Positions 38,901 through 53,635 of a DNA stretch of 64,000 nt are shown one piece after another. The translations under genes were made by a program, and so were the position numbers. Origin of the DNA: Mytilus edulis (Eukaryota); assembly GCF_963676685.1 (NCBI RefSeq), contig NC_092346.1, positions 45,136,001 through 45,200,000 of the forward strand. The letters run 5' to 3'. The notes under the pieces were generated by a model. That model ran no database searches. It saw only the letters and a list, made by a program, of their open reading frames with translations, and was not told where the DNA came from. Position 1 is the stretch's first letter. Each line of letters opens with the position of its first letter.

Positions 38901-40110
38901 ACAGGGAGAAATATAAGAATGTATGGAGGTACTAGAATGTTTTGACAAGCAGAAATCTTGTCAAGGAATTAACCTAAGCAGTACAGAAAAGGTAGGAATT
39001 TTTTCTTTTCTCTCTCATTATACGGTTATTATATTAATGTGTTTAGGAAACAATCTCAATCTTGTGTAGTATTGAAAGATCTTCAATTTAAAAAAATAAA
39101 TTTATCCTCATTTAAAGTTAACATGTTTTATTAAAGTATATTTCTATTTTATTAAAAACAATAATCTAGAACAATTTTCACTACACATCCTTGTGATATT
39201 TTGTCTTCATTGGCAAGTGTGTTTCTATATATTAAATGGAAGATGTGATATGACTCAACGAAACAACTCTCCAGAAAAGACTATATGACACAGAAATTAA
39301 CAACTATAGGTTGCTTTATGGCCTTCAACAATGAGCAAAGCTGATACCATTCTGTCTGTTTCAAATGTTTTAAATATCTCTTGAGAGAACCTTACAAATG
39401 AATGGTATCTAACTTCACAGATATGTTTTTATGAACAGTTAAAACAAACTTGGGTAATAATGGTTAAAGTGAAATTTAAACATGGCAGCTGTGTCCAAAA
39501 ATAGCAATAAAATAGATAGAGGATACCAAATAGATAGTTAAACTCATTAGTCTAAGACTTACAGGCATGGCAAAAAATGACAAACAACAGTCTACAAAAC
39601 ACAGAAAAACTTATGACTGGGCAGTATGAACCCCAACACAAACAAGAGTTGATCTCAGGTGCTCCGAAGGGTAAGCAGATCCTCTTCCATCCGTAGTCTA
39701 CGAAACACAACACAGAAAAAATTATGACTGGGCAGTATGAAGCCCAACACAAACACAAATTTTCAAAATGATGACTTCAACTTCACCACTTAGAACCCTT
39801 GGTTTATTACTATCTTACTTAAATATTGAGTTTTTCTGACTGCCTTAAATGTAACCCAAACCTAATTGTGGTTGAAATCCAGAAGATTTGTAAACTATCC
39901 AAAAAATCTATATTTTGAACCTAATTAGAGGAAAACTGGCATAGCTTTGAAAGAAAAACTTCACAAATCATCAAGTTTTACTTTCTCTAACATATCACTT
40001 CTCATCTTTAAAAATAGTTGACTTAATACATGATTCTACTCCTTTAGGATTTTATAGTTCATTAATCAGGTTAAGGTTTTCGTTTAAGGAAGTCATAAGT
40101 TTAAGTTTTT

Positions 40111-41253
40111 GTCGAGCCTGCGACTTTAGTTCCAGAAAGCTTGACATAGTCTGTGATCCATCGGTGGCAGTGTTAACTAACTTCTTAAAAGCGTTATATT
40201 TTAGAAGGCGGAAGACCTGGATGCTTCATACTTTGAATATAGATGCCTTATCATGGCTTATGTTACAAAATTTCTGTCAGTCACATGTCCACTGTCCTTG
40301 ACCTCATGGTTCAATGACTACTTGAAAAAAGTTAAGATTATTTGTAATGTTAATTTCTCTCTTATTATAAGTAATAGGATAACTATATTTGGTATGTGCG
40401 CAACTTGCAAGGTCCTCATGCCTGTCATACAGTTTTCACTTGACCTCAACCTCATTTCATGGATCAGTGAACAAAGTAAAGTATATTTGGTGTATGGATG
40501 GATTGTAAGGTGTACATCTTCAAATGGCAGGTGTCATCTGACCTTGTCCTCATTTTCATGGTTCAGTGGTTATAGTTAGGTTTTTTGTGTTTTGGTCTTT
40601 TTTTCTTATACTGTATGCAATAGTGTACTGTATTTGATGTATGGAATGATTGTAAGCTGTTCATGTGTAGCAGGCAGGTGTCATCTGACCTTGACCTCAT
40701 TTTCATTTTTTGTCAAAGTTAAGTTTTTGATTTTTGGTCTTTTGTCTAACAATATATGCAATAAGTCAACTATATTTGGTGTATGGAAATATTTTATGAT
40801 GTACATGTCAGCCTCAGAAGGTTTTATTTGACCTATATCTCATTTTCACAGTTCATTGCTCAGTGTTAAGTTTTTTGTGTTTTGGTCTGTTTTTCTGAAA
40901 CTATAAGCAAAAGGTCAACTAAAGTTGTTGTATGGAAGTATTGTAAGCTGTAAATGTCTGTGTGGCCGCAGGTATCATCTGACCTTGACCTCATTTTGGG
41001 GGTTGATTGGTCAATGTTAAGTTTTTCATGGTTAAGTTTGTTTCTTAGATACTATAAGCAAAAGGTCAACTATATTTAATGCATAGATTGATGGTAAGGT
41101 GTGCATGTATTTCTCATCTGACCTTGACCTCATTTTCTTTGATCATGTTAAGTTTTATGTGATAGTTGAAGTAAAACTTTATATTTAGGACTATCAACAT
41201 AAAATCAATGGTTATTAAAGAAAGCTAGACATTTCAGCGTCAATGCACTCTTG
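40111..41253 (+). mobile_element. HINE-like element family B copy
   Basis: 5' TTTTTGTCGAGCCTGCGAC; TGACCTTGACC array; conserved 3' end. Confidence 0.8.
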
Positions 41254-41331
41254 TTGTTTAAGGTAATTTTCCATGAAGTTGAGGTTAAATCAACATGAAA
41301 CATAGTACACATGTTCATTATTATGATTTTT

Positions 41332-41597
41332 GTCGAGCCTTCGACTTTAGTTGAAAAAGCAAGACATGGTTTCATCAAGTTAACATTACATACAGTCTGC
41401 AGTTAAAGTTTTTAAAACATTTATTAGATTCATAAACTATCCTGGATTTTTACCAAACTTAGACAGAAGCTTCTTACAATCAGAAGATAGTAGCAAGAGG
41501 AATATTTTTATTGATTTTTTTCCCTTATTATTGTTGAGCCTAGCTGCCATTAACAGCAAAAGTAGGCGAGACACTGGGTTCCGCGGAACCCTTACAA
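41332..41597 (+). mobile_element. HINE-like family A, internally deleted copy
   Basis: Same 5' (GTCGAGCCTTCGACTTTAGT) and 3' (AGGCGAGACACTGGGTTCCGCGGAACCC) ends as 3502-4346 but lacks most of the array. Confidence 0.8.
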
Positions 41598-42743
41598 TTT
41601 TTTTTAAAATATGCCTTTTACAAGGAAATTTGGCAAAATAGGGAGGGTTTACCATAGAACCCTATTTTATTTTATTTGCAAATGATTATAACTTCAGAAC
41701 AGTTACTGATAGACACATGGGAACATATGGCCTTGAGCATTTTTTTAATTTACAAAAAAGTCTTAAAAAATTGGAGAATCTAAAGAATTGAAAATGTCTG
41801 AGAATGCTTGAATATCATGTAAATGGTCATAATTGCTACCCCTTACACCATAAATATTCCTGTTTGTCATACCAAGATAATTGGAACTATATTTAGAGTT
41901 AGTCCCAAGGGGTCATCTCCACCCCTATCATTTAAATATGTTCTTATATCTTGTAAATGGTTACAATCCTCACCCCTTAACCAAATATATTTTCTGATTT
42001 GTCATGGCAATATGATTTGAATATTATACAGGGTTAGTCCCAAAGTGTCATCTCTACCCCCTGTATTTTGAATATGTTCTTATATCTTAATAAGTGTTAC
42101 AATCATTTCTTGTTTTAGTTGAATTTTGAATTTATTCATTTCTGTTTGAGAAAATTTATCATGTCTATACCAATAATATTTTGCATGAATCTCAGTTTTT
42201 GTAGAAAATAAATATTAAATTGACGATTTGATAACAAAAAAACAGATTATTTAATTCGAGTTTTTATGCAGTTTCTGTTGTAATAAATTACCATTGCAAG
42301 TAATAAATTACCATTGCAATATTTATTACATTTGCACAAACCAAGTTAGTGTAAAATCAACAGGTGAAATTGGCAATTAAACTGTCTGTTCTTTGAAATG
42401 AGTCAAACTATGAAAGTCTTTTTTAAGTTTATTTTCTTGCTTCTACTTTAATCATTCTTTTGTTAACAGCTCATTTATTAAATTATTTTTGGAGTTGTTC
42501 ATAGCATATTTTAATATACATACAAAAAAAATCTTGAATAACCAGAGTTGGTCCAAAGTTTTAACCATTAAAATTTTGCATAGAATTGACACAATTGTGG
42601 TATTTTGCCAATAGAGATATTAGTGCGAACCAGCAGATTTGATAACAACTGATGTTAAAAAGATTTAGAGAACTGTAAATACTATATAAGCATTTGAAAA
42701 AAAATAAGTACTTTTGAAAAAAATGAAACACCAAAACTCTCAA

Positions 42744-43513
42744 GGATGTACACCTCTGAGGAGCCAAAAATTTCTAGAATTAAACTTTTTTCTAAACCTG
42801 ATTTTGGGTTTATATGACTGTAAAAAGATAATTGGTGAAGAAAAAATCATATGGTGGTGTGCTTCTTTTTTGGATACGGCCCTCTGAATGTACCCAATTT
42901 TGATGATTTTTCCATTTTTCATCAATTTTTACTCATTTTGGGGCTTTTATGGTGAAAAAAATCACAGTTCCACAATTAAACTTTTTTTCATACTCTCAAT
43001 AAAGATGGAGGGGACCAATCAATAAATTCAACTCCAAAAAACTATAGGTAGGTGTTAATATAAGAAAGCTTTATCATATTTTATGCTTTTTCGTGTCTAA
43101 TTTACCATTTTGTCAATTTGGTAAATTTGTGATTTTTCTCTGTTTAAAGAACAAAATGCATATTTTTTCAACTTCCTTGTTATAAATGATTGAAAAAAAT
43201 ACATATCTATGAAATTTGAAAAAAAAAGTTATATGGGATGTTTATGTTTCTGGTAAAGTCATTTTTGCACCCCTCACCCATTTTTCTCAAAATTTTACTA
43301 AAAAAGACTGACTTGATTAGTAATAAAATTTGAAAATTTCATTACTCAAAAACTACTAAATGAAAATACACAATTCTTTCAGAAAGTTAAGTTTGATTAT
43401 GATAATTATCAAATACATTGCTATTTTCCACTTATATCACATGTTTTGGAAATAATTCCAGAACGAGATTTCAATGAGACTGAACGAGACTGAAATGTCA
43501 AAAGAATACATCC
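42744..43513. mobile_element. Kolobok-like non-autonomous element
   Basis: TCAA|GGATGTA ... TACATCC|TTAA; short TIR only. Confidence 0.5.
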
Positions 43514-46500
43514 TTAAAAGAGAGGTGAAAGATACCAGAAAGAAATTCAAACTTATAAGTGAAAAAAGAACAACTGACAACACTAAGGCTATAAAAGAAA
43601 AAAAAATCAACAGACAAACGTACATAAGTACACAAAACACAACAGCAGAACACTAAAGACTGAGCTACACAAACCCCTAGAAAAATTTGGGGTGATTTCA
43701 TGTTCCCTGTGAATAAAAATTCACAACAACAATTGAGTGGGTTAAAATATTTGAAAACCTTTGAAATAATCTTGGTCACAATACATTAAGGACATAAGTG
43801 GAAATCTATATAAAGTTAACAATCTGACAACCACTGCTGTGCTGTAACTGAGTTATCTTGTTCATCGGTCAAAACTCTTTAGATAGTCAACATTTATCAA
43901 AATTTTTGTTTGCACTTGGCTTAAGTACTTTTGTCTGGACAATTATCATGTAAACTGAAAAGGAGTTGATTTTTCCCATTTTACCACGAAATTTTAAACG
44001 ATTTATGAAATTATTTATTTTTTTATAGGTTTTGACTGAAATAATTTTATTTGGTCACTATTAAGCTCAAAGGGATAAAGTAGCTAATATTGCTAAGGGT
44101 ATTCACTGTATTCATTGCCAGTCCTTTACAAACTTTTCTTTTTTTCATTTCTCCTAAAAGTCATATTGATTAAATTATGAACTTAGCATTCAGAAGAATC
44201 TTATTGAAACTTTCATATCAAAGGTATATTCTATTCATATTCTTGATTCTAATTATTCATATTCATATCTTTATATTTTGTATAAAGTAATAAGGCCATT
44301 TTTGCATAGATGATCTCTTATGAAATATAATGATATGGTTCTTTACAAACTGTGTATCATGGTTTTGGCCTTAGAATGAACTTTTTAATTTGTACTATGT
44401 TTTTGTCTGTGTGAGTGTCGAAAAAAAGGGGGATCTTTCATGGACTTGTACAATGTTTTTTTTAAATTGAACAGTGAAATGTTGGTGTAGGATATACCCT
44501 AAAATAAACAGCAACAGCATATTTTTAATGTTTGCTTGATTGTCAAGTTTGTTACAGACATCAAATTTACTGCTTTGAAATTATAAGGTTGTAAGGATAA
44601 GTATAATAAAGCTAGAAAGTTTAAATGAGCATTATATTATAGAATGTCTTTTCAGTCACGAAAAAAAATCAAAACAAAAAACATATTATACTCTTCCTAG
44701 TTTGCTTAGGATTCTGTCAATTGAAAAAGGATTTTATCATGAAATATTTGAAACCAGTTGAATCACACTTTGTGTTAGATGTTAAACAACAAAACAACAT
44801 TTTAAGTGTGAACCATTTATGTTGCATTAAGTTGAATAATGATGACCAGTTAATTTGAACAAGCTTAAAATTAAGATATTGTCGGAGCCTTTTTTGTTTA
44901 AAACCTGTTTGTTTAAAAATATCAATAGATCTGCCATTGTGTTAATTGTAATGTTAATATTTGTGTGTAGGATGATGTGAAGCTGGACCGCTATCAATTT
45001 CCTATCAAATAGCAATTTTCACTAACGTAGAAACTTTTTTAATATTGAAAAATCATTATTCAAGATAGTTTTTTAATGATTAAACATTGATCCTCATGGT
45101 ACCGGGTAGAATGCCCGTGATAAATTACTATTCTATAGAGAACAATATCCTGCAGTTCAGTAAAAGCCAATCTAGTTCACTTTTCTATAATATATAATGG
45201 CTGATTATAATACTTGTATGAGCAGTATTATAGAAATAAGATGTTTCATATTGAACATGCAGTGCTCTTTTTTTTTTTTAAACAGAAAAATAACATTTTT
45301 TTCATTGACAGAGCACTTGAAACTTTTTATGTAAATTGTTATTTAATTCTATATAATGGCAAACAATAGATATATTAATTTCAATAAAGATGATAAAGAA
45401 AAGAAATGCTCATATATTTCTCATCAATATAATTAGTATTTTTCCAAGTATAAGTGGACGGGGCATATAGAGTTAGCAGTAGTCTTGTTTGCTTCCTTTG
45501 TTTTAGATCTGTCAAACCAGCTTTTAATAATCTTCATCATTTGATCTCGGGCAATCATATGACAGCTCCTAATTTTTATGTACTATTTAAATGGTATTTC
45601 ACCAATTATAATCATTTTAGACAACATTAATTTTCTCACATTTCTTTCAAGACTGGCTTTTTATCTCTTTCCAATTACTTTATTCCTTCACAAATAAAAA
45701 CTGGCTGCTGTGAATATGTAGCCAAATGTGCTGAAAGTTGTGTTAAACACCAACAATTAATCAATTTATCTTTTAGACACATCATCTTACTATTTGAATG
45801 AAATATAGATGAATATAATTTTGTCTGATCATTTTGAATTGATGATGCTCAAGCTCTTGCAGCCAATAAAACCCTGTTAAAAAGTACAAATAAACTGTTT
45901 GAAGTAAATCTTGATACAATTTACTTAACTCTGGCTCGATCAGCCTTTTGGTCTGGACATAATAAGCGGCATATCTTATCTTCCTATTACTTTGACTTTG
46001 TTTTGGTCCTAAATATGAATGTTATGAATGTTATATTTGCCACTGAACTTTAAGCATCCATCATCAAATAATCAAACATAACATGAGTGATTGTTGGTGA
46101 AATTTCTTTTGACATCACTGAGATGTTGTATTAGTGTTTTATACCACACAGAAATTATCAAACAGAAGACTAAGGAAGACGTTTGTTTTGTAAGAGGTCT
46201 TCGGCTTCCAGGAGTCTTTAATTGAAATATTGTTTATATATATGAACAAATATGATATAAATGCCAATGAGACAACTCTCCACCCAAGTCACAATTTGTA
46301 AAAGTAAACCAGTACTGGTCAAAGTAAGGACTTCAACAGCGAGCCTTGGCTCACACACCAAACAGCAAGCTATAAAGGGCCCCAAAATTGAACAGTGCAA
46401 AATCTTTCAAACAAGAAAATCAGCTGGCTAATCTAAATAAAAACCTAGAAACGAGAACAACTTATGAACCACATCAACAAACAACAACCACTGAACAACA

Positions 46501-48013
46501 GGTTCTTAGATTAGAACAGGTACATACAAAAGCAGCGCGTTTAAAGGTTTTAACAGGCACCAACCTTCACCCTAACATAGAAAGACACACTATAAAATAT
46601 CAATTGAAATATTGTTTACCGGTATGTACAATTTGAAAAGTTTATCAGATTTTGAAAAAGTAGTTTGTAAATGGTAATACATTTTTAAATACTAAAATAT
46701 CTTTCAAAGGTTAACTAGAACAAGGTATAGAAATATTGGGGGGAAGGGGTTGTTTGATTTTGTTCACTAACATAATCTGTCAGAAAGGAGGGAGCCTTAC
46801 ATTTAAGACCTGTGTTTCCATTATGCCATACCAACTGAATGTTGAAGATCATTTGCAACAATTTCTTTCCCCAATCCAACAAATATCTTTTTCTAGTGGC
46901 AGTCCAAATTGCTCATCCCCATTACGTATGAAATATTTGTCACTGGACATTATGAAAGCACAATTGATCAATTAATATATTAAAATATATGTCTTATGAA
47001 AAACATTTTTAAAGATTATATTTTATAAGTGTATGGGGACCTTGGGCGTAATTTGAGATAGGTATTTATTGAATGGTTTGCCGTTATCTGTTAAAGACCA
47101 GTGTATATATTGTGCTACTGGTGAAAGAATTTTAAACTGTCATTTTATTAAATGTGTTGAAATTTTTTGATAATATATTAGTACTTGATTTTTGTGATTT
47201 TTATCTTGTAGTACCCAAATATTTGAAGAGGACCGCTCCTACCTAGAACGATATCAATTTCAAGGGTACACTTTCAATAGAAAGTAGGTATTAATTTAAA
47301 TATTACTTCAATCTGAGATAAATACCCCTATTTTTTTCACTACTGTGTTTTTATTAAAGAAGATAATGATGGACGTGTTACCATTATCGATAAATATCAG
47401 TATTCAGTACGAATTTCTATATGGAAGCTTCTATATTCTGCTTGAATAGTAATTTAAAATCCTATTTTCGGTTACAGCTTAATTTTAGTTAGACAATGAA
47501 TTTAGACGAGTTGGTTAAATGGAGTCGACCACAGCTCAGTAAATATACCTATATTGTATAGGATTCTTCTTAAGTTTTTTAACTTTTATCAGTGACAAAC
47601 AATGAAGCACAAAAGGACTTTTAATAATTTCTCCTTTCATATGTGTGAGGCTTTTGTGTATTGTAGAAAATGGTAGAAAAAGTAATTACTGCAGTTTGGA
47701 ATAATGGGACTAATAATAAACAGAAGTTATTACAAGAAGAATAGAAAATTTGTTGTCTGTGGTCTATATGGAAAGCTATGGTAAGTCAAATATATATTTT
47801 ATTTATAAAATAATATTAATTCAAATTTATCCTTTTTATAAAACTATAAGGTTCTTAGGAACACATGGAATTAATTTATGTCTATAATGTTTGTAGTTTA
47901 TATTGAAACATAGATATCTATGGATTCATTTATTTTAGTGGGTACCAGAGTTTTATGGATTGAGGAGACGTTGAAATTTTAGATATTAAATGATTTTACA
48001 AGTTTGCCGAAGT

Positions 48014-48553
48014 CATTTAAGAAATTTTAATAAACTTATGCACAACATATTCGACAACACCACAATATCTTTGTGCATGAAAAGCCTCACTAATTTGGTA
48101 ATGACTTCTGACATCCAATGCAACACAAAGTGTATATGTATAGTACTAATTACAAGCCTATAGAAAATTTCAACTTTGTCATACTATGACTACAAAATCC
48201 ACAAAAAAGTGCCCCTTAATCTGAATAAATTAAGGTATTTGATATAATAGCTAACCTATTATAAGTATCATTATATATTTGCATTTATGTATATAGAGTT
48301 AAAACAAAACTCTTTCATTTTCATTTTGGCAGTTGCGTTTGTACCATTCAAGAGAACTCAAACTAAAAATAGAAATTTAGTCACATGTAATAATTGTACA
48401 ACTAAATTATAAATATGAAGTCAATTGTATTCACCATTTAAGAAATTTTAATAAACTTATGCACAACATATTCGACAACACCACAATATCTTTGTGCATG
48501 AAAAGCCTCACTAATTTGGTAATGACTTCTGACATCCAATGCAACACAAAGTG
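48014..48553 (+). repeat. 119-bp identical direct repeat pair (48014-48132 and 48435-48553)
   Basis: CATTTAAGAAATTTTAATAAAC...GCAACACAAAGTG occurs twice; no mismatch seen. Confidence 0.9.
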
Positions 48554-50671
48554 ATTTTTTGAACATTTTCCAAATGGAATCAAATATTTACATTTCAATA
48601 AGGCAAGACAATGGGTTTTCTGTTATTTTAAGATTTTAAGAAGTTAAACACTTTTGCACCTTTTAAGGTAAATTTTTCATGAAAAATGGCCTTACAATTT
48701 TACATGTTTTTAAGTCTTGTACTACTTTTTTTAATTCTTAGTCAATATATTATTATTCACTGTTGCAAAATAAAAGTAAAAGTGTCCAACTGTTTACTCT
48801 TACAATATGAATCAAGGATGATGTCATTAAGCCTTATATCCAATGTTATATACATATATATAATTTATATATATATATACGTAATTCAGCATGGGAGATG
48901 AAAGGAGAAAAATCAAAGAAGGGCAAATTTTAGAATAAGAATTGTCATTTTGAATTTGATTTTTAAATCTTTTTAAGTAAGGTAGGACAGTCAACTGATT
49001 TCAGTAAATGTTAAGTTTTATTCAAAATAGATTAAATTTCATTAATACAAGATTATACTTTCTTTTTATTTTACTGTGCTTATCCTAGTGCCTTTGCTCT
49101 TTTACAATACTAATTGCTTAAATATGTTACCAAATTGTATTTTGAATTCACCTAACAAATCTTATAGGCATGGAAGTGTGTAGTCCCTCTTATTTTACTC
49201 CCCAGACTGTTTGGTGCATTGATGTCTAATTTGACATTTTCAATGTTTGTAAAATTCAAAATTTAAAATGTTTATTATAAGAACTGGATGTGTTTGTCTG
49301 CAATTACATTATGATGTATAAGCATTCACAGACCACACATTGTTAGTATGAAGCATATTTGTTCGTGACTTACAAAATGTACATCAGTCATAACTTCCAT
49401 TCATTTCATTAGAAATGTATTACAATCATTATTTCCTTTCACGTCACAAAAAATTTAGTACATGTGGACAATACAAACTTAACTTTTATTTGCTATCCTC
49501 TTCAAAAATGAAACCATGAATTTTTTATTGAATTTTTAAAACATTTGGTTATTTATTAAAAAAAAACACATTTTCATCGAACAAAAGTACAGGGATTGTT
49601 AGAGTATTGTTACAACTTAATGTATGAACTGCATCAAATAAAAATTGACATTTGAATACCTTATAATTACATCTTACAACTTATTTCGTGTTGAAAAAAT
49701 CTCTGCAAAAAATCTGTAACAGTTTAAAAATTGAATTGGATAGCTATTAGAACCCTATAAAAAAAGAACTTTTGATCTAGAGTCTTTTCCTTCACAATTG
49801 ATTGTTCCAATATCAATCAAAGTCTTGTGCATGTATATGTATACACATGCATAAGGTCAATTTCTATTCGAAACTGCTTTCATTCTAAAAGTTATGCTAA
49901 ATTGATCACCAAGTTGATAGTGGGAATAAGCTTCAAGCAGGGAATTCATCCAAGTCAAAATTACTGAATGTGTAGCATATATTTGTAAATAAAGATTCCA
50001 TAAATTATTTTAATGAATCCAATTTTGACTAAGCATATTTTGTTTAAGAAGTTTAATGTCTTGACTCTTATTATATATTTTATTTAATTTAACGATTTTA
50101 TTGATTTGGATCATATAAACTGATCACACTCCAGATAAACCATTTTGTTTTGTATCCCATTTAATTATATATTGTTTATTTCACCTTGATGACCTTAGTG
50201 ATAAATAATTTGAATAGAATTGACTTTGAGGAATACAAAAATTGACTTGTATTTAATACCATTTAATATAATAATGTTTTTCTTTGACCTGACGTTTTAT
50301 AGCGTGTCATGAAAGATCTATAATAATGTGTTGATAATAACTTCTCCGTAGTTACCTTGACCAATTAGACAAATATCTTTAGTGTATTCCTTGGCATTTG
50401 AATGAAATTTTTATATAGTTAATCATTGTTTGGAAATGAAAAAGAAAACATATTAGGTTAATGAAATTTTGTTTAGATTTTTGTGTTCTTGAATGGTGAA
50501 AAATAATTATGTTCTTCGTACTACAGACCATGTGAACAGTATTTTCTGCTTTCTGTTTTCTGTCATTGTCTTTTTTGAAAAAAATCTCTTTCCTTAGTTT
50601 CCTCTATAAGACCCCCAAAAAAACAATGACCCTGTCTGTTAAAGAAACTAAGTGGTAAGATGCCAGTTTTT

Positions 50672-51487
50672 GTTGACTTTTTTGCAGAAAGCTCGACATA
50701 GGGATAGTGATCGGGGGGCGGTGGTGTAATGTTAAATTCTCTCTTTTTGTAAGTAATAGGATAACTATATTTAGTATGTGTGTACTTTGCAGGGTCCTCA
50801 TGTCCGTCAGACAGTTTTGACTTGACCTCGACCTCATTTCATGGATCAGTGTACAAGGTTAAGTTTTGGTGGTCAAGTCCATATCTCAGATACTATAGGC
50901 AATAGGGCTAGTATATTCGGGTTAAGTTTTTGTGTTTTGCTCTGTTTTTCTTAAACTATATGCAATAGGTCTACTTTAGTTGGTGTATGGAATGATTGTA
51001 AGGTGTACATGTCTGGCTGACAGGTATCATCTAACCTTGACCTCATTTTTATGGTTCAGTGGTCAAAATTAAGTTTTTGAGTTTTTGTCAATTTTTCAAA
51101 TACTTTATGCAATAGGTAAACTATATCTGGTGTTTGGAAATATTTTATTATCAATATATGTCAATCGCACAGGTTTTATTTGACCTTGACCTCATTTTCA
51201 CAGTTCATTGCTAAGTGTTAAGTATTTGTGTTTTAGTCTTTTTTTCTTAATTTATAAGCAATAGGTCAACTATATTTGTTGTATGGAAGAATATTCAGCT
51301 GTACATGTCTGCCTGGCATGGTTCATCTGACCTTGACCTCATTTTCATGGTTCATTGACCAATGTTTAGTTTTCTTTGTTAATGTTGAGTTGATGTGTCA
51401 GTTGTAATAAAGCTTTATATTTAGGACTATCAACATAATATCAATGATTAGTAAAGAAGTTGAGACATTTCAGCATGTGCACTCTTG
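50672..51487 (+). mobile_element. HINE-like element family B copy
   Basis: Collinear with the other B copies, with internal deletions. Confidence 0.78.
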
Positions 51488-52859
51488 TGTTGATTATTTG
51501 GAAAATGGCTATGCATAGAAAAAATCTGACAAGGCAGAAATTGGATAAAATTTTGAAATCTACCTTGTCCTTTTGTCTGACTGTAACAATTTCTTATAGG
51601 AGTTATTGCACTTGAATTATGAGTTTTACTAAAAATATTATTATGTTTTGCCTCTTATCTTGTAATCTATTATGGAGATAACTTTAAAAATAATAATGAT
51701 TACCTACACAAAATGAACAAAGAGATTTTAGTCATGAGAAATAGTTTATTAGTCTCAAACATTGTAGACTAAAAATATATTCCATAACTTCAATCTATTT
51801 TTAGTTGAAGATGCACATAGATCCAGTATTGCCCTTTAAAGCATCTAGTTTTCAGTTTCATATACATTCTAAAAGTTTCCAAAAAATTGCACTTCATTAA
51901 GATCATTTTAAAACATGGTGTATTAATAATTCATTAATCTATATTATACGAATTCTTACTTCCATGTTTTCATTCATAATCAATTAATGGAACAAATTTA
52001 TGACGTGGAGTGAAATTTCAATTAAAACACACTTGAAACGAATATTGTTATTTGTGAATGAAAATATTTTTATAATTGTAAATGCTCAAAAGAGTCCTTT
52101 GACATTGTAAGCATCAAATTTACTGAAATATTGAGACTACTTTAGTATGCATTATAGGTGACTGAATTACCTATTCTTTTTTTGAAGTGATAATAGATAC
52201 AGTCCTGTATACTGAATAGTTAAAAGTTTGGAATTTGCTTTTGAAAATCCAATTATATATGTGCATGCAATTATCAGCAGACATATAAATAATGCACTTA
52301 ATTGCATTTTTAATTATGTAAAATGGAGTTAATTGCCTTTTCTCTACTTTTCGATAGGTTTGTCAATATCTACGTAATTAAACTTTATTTGTATAGTCCT
52401 ATTTCAATCGTTTTAGCTGTTTAATACCAATTGTATGATAATCAGTCTATTTTGTCTCTGTATATATGTTTGTATAGAATTTGCATAACCAACTTTTAAA
52501 ATGTATATTCTGGAGTATTTGAATGCATATTTAAAAAGGCTATATTGTTGTTTCATTTAAGAACTTACATATAAATTCTTTTAATGTAAGTATTGTAATG
52601 AATGTTGTATGATTAAAAATAGAACATTAGCCTCAGACTTTATGCAAACTTTTTGTATATTCAGACTACATGAATGATTTGTGAACTGTTTGACTAGCTA
52701 GCCTGACAGACTGTCATACAATTTTTGAATTCGATATTGGTTGTGTATAGCCTCTTTTTAGAAAAAAATGACTGACACTACAAATGTTTTCCTAGCAGGG
52801 TCGTGAGCCTATGGTTAATAGAGAAGACTGCTTTATAAAAAAGTCATAGATACTTAATT

Positions 52860-53445
52860 AGGGCACACTGAATGGCGGACACCCTATAGTGATCATTCTA
52901 TCTGTCTATGTCTGTCTGTCAGTCTGTATCAAATTGTATCCACTCTTTATCTAGAGAACCGTTATGATTTTAAAGTTTATACTTGACATGTTTATTAACC
53001 AACACCAGAGGTTGTGTCATAATGTATGTACAGCTTCCTAGGTCAAAGGTCAAGGTCAGAAACTTTGGTTTCATTTGACAACCCAATGTCCTATGGTAAA
53101 GATTGGGTCCAATCTATATCTTGAGAACCGTTTTTATTTCAAAATTTATACTTGACATGTATATAAACCAACACCAAAGGGTGTGTCATAATTTATGTAC
53201 AAATCCCTATGTCAAAGGTCAAGGTCAGAAACTTTGGTTTCAGTTGACAACCTAATACCCTACAGTAAAGATTGTGTCCACTTTATGTCTTGAGAACCGT
53301 TTTATTTGAAAGTTTACACTTGAAATGTATATAAACCAATGCCAAGGGATGTGTCATAATTTATCTACAACTTACAAGGTCAAAATTCAAGGTCAGAAAC
53401 TTTTGTTTCAGTTAACAACCTCATTTCCTATGGTAAAGATACATT
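52860..53445 (+). mobile_element. HINE-like element with (GTCT)n and about 177-bp array
   Basis: GTCT microsatellite near the 5' end; three repeats containing CAAGGTCAGAAACTTT. Confidence 0.65.
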
Positions 53446-53635
53446 TTTTTATCACACATTAATCCCAGCAGAGCCCACAGAGATGGATCCTATCAATGAT
53501 ATTTATCATAGGTACAAGCATATTCATCTTTAAACATACAATCATACACCTTAACTTGTAGGCATTGGTTGAAAATAATAACAGTAACATATGAAAGCAT
53601 ATATGAAACACCATTTTGTTTTCTTTGTTTTCAAA

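Noticed and set aside
40253-40831. ORFs of 79-108 aa within repeats (also 23820-24143, 10060-10281, 32916-33209)
   Set aside because: Chance frames in non-autonomous elements; no domains recognised.
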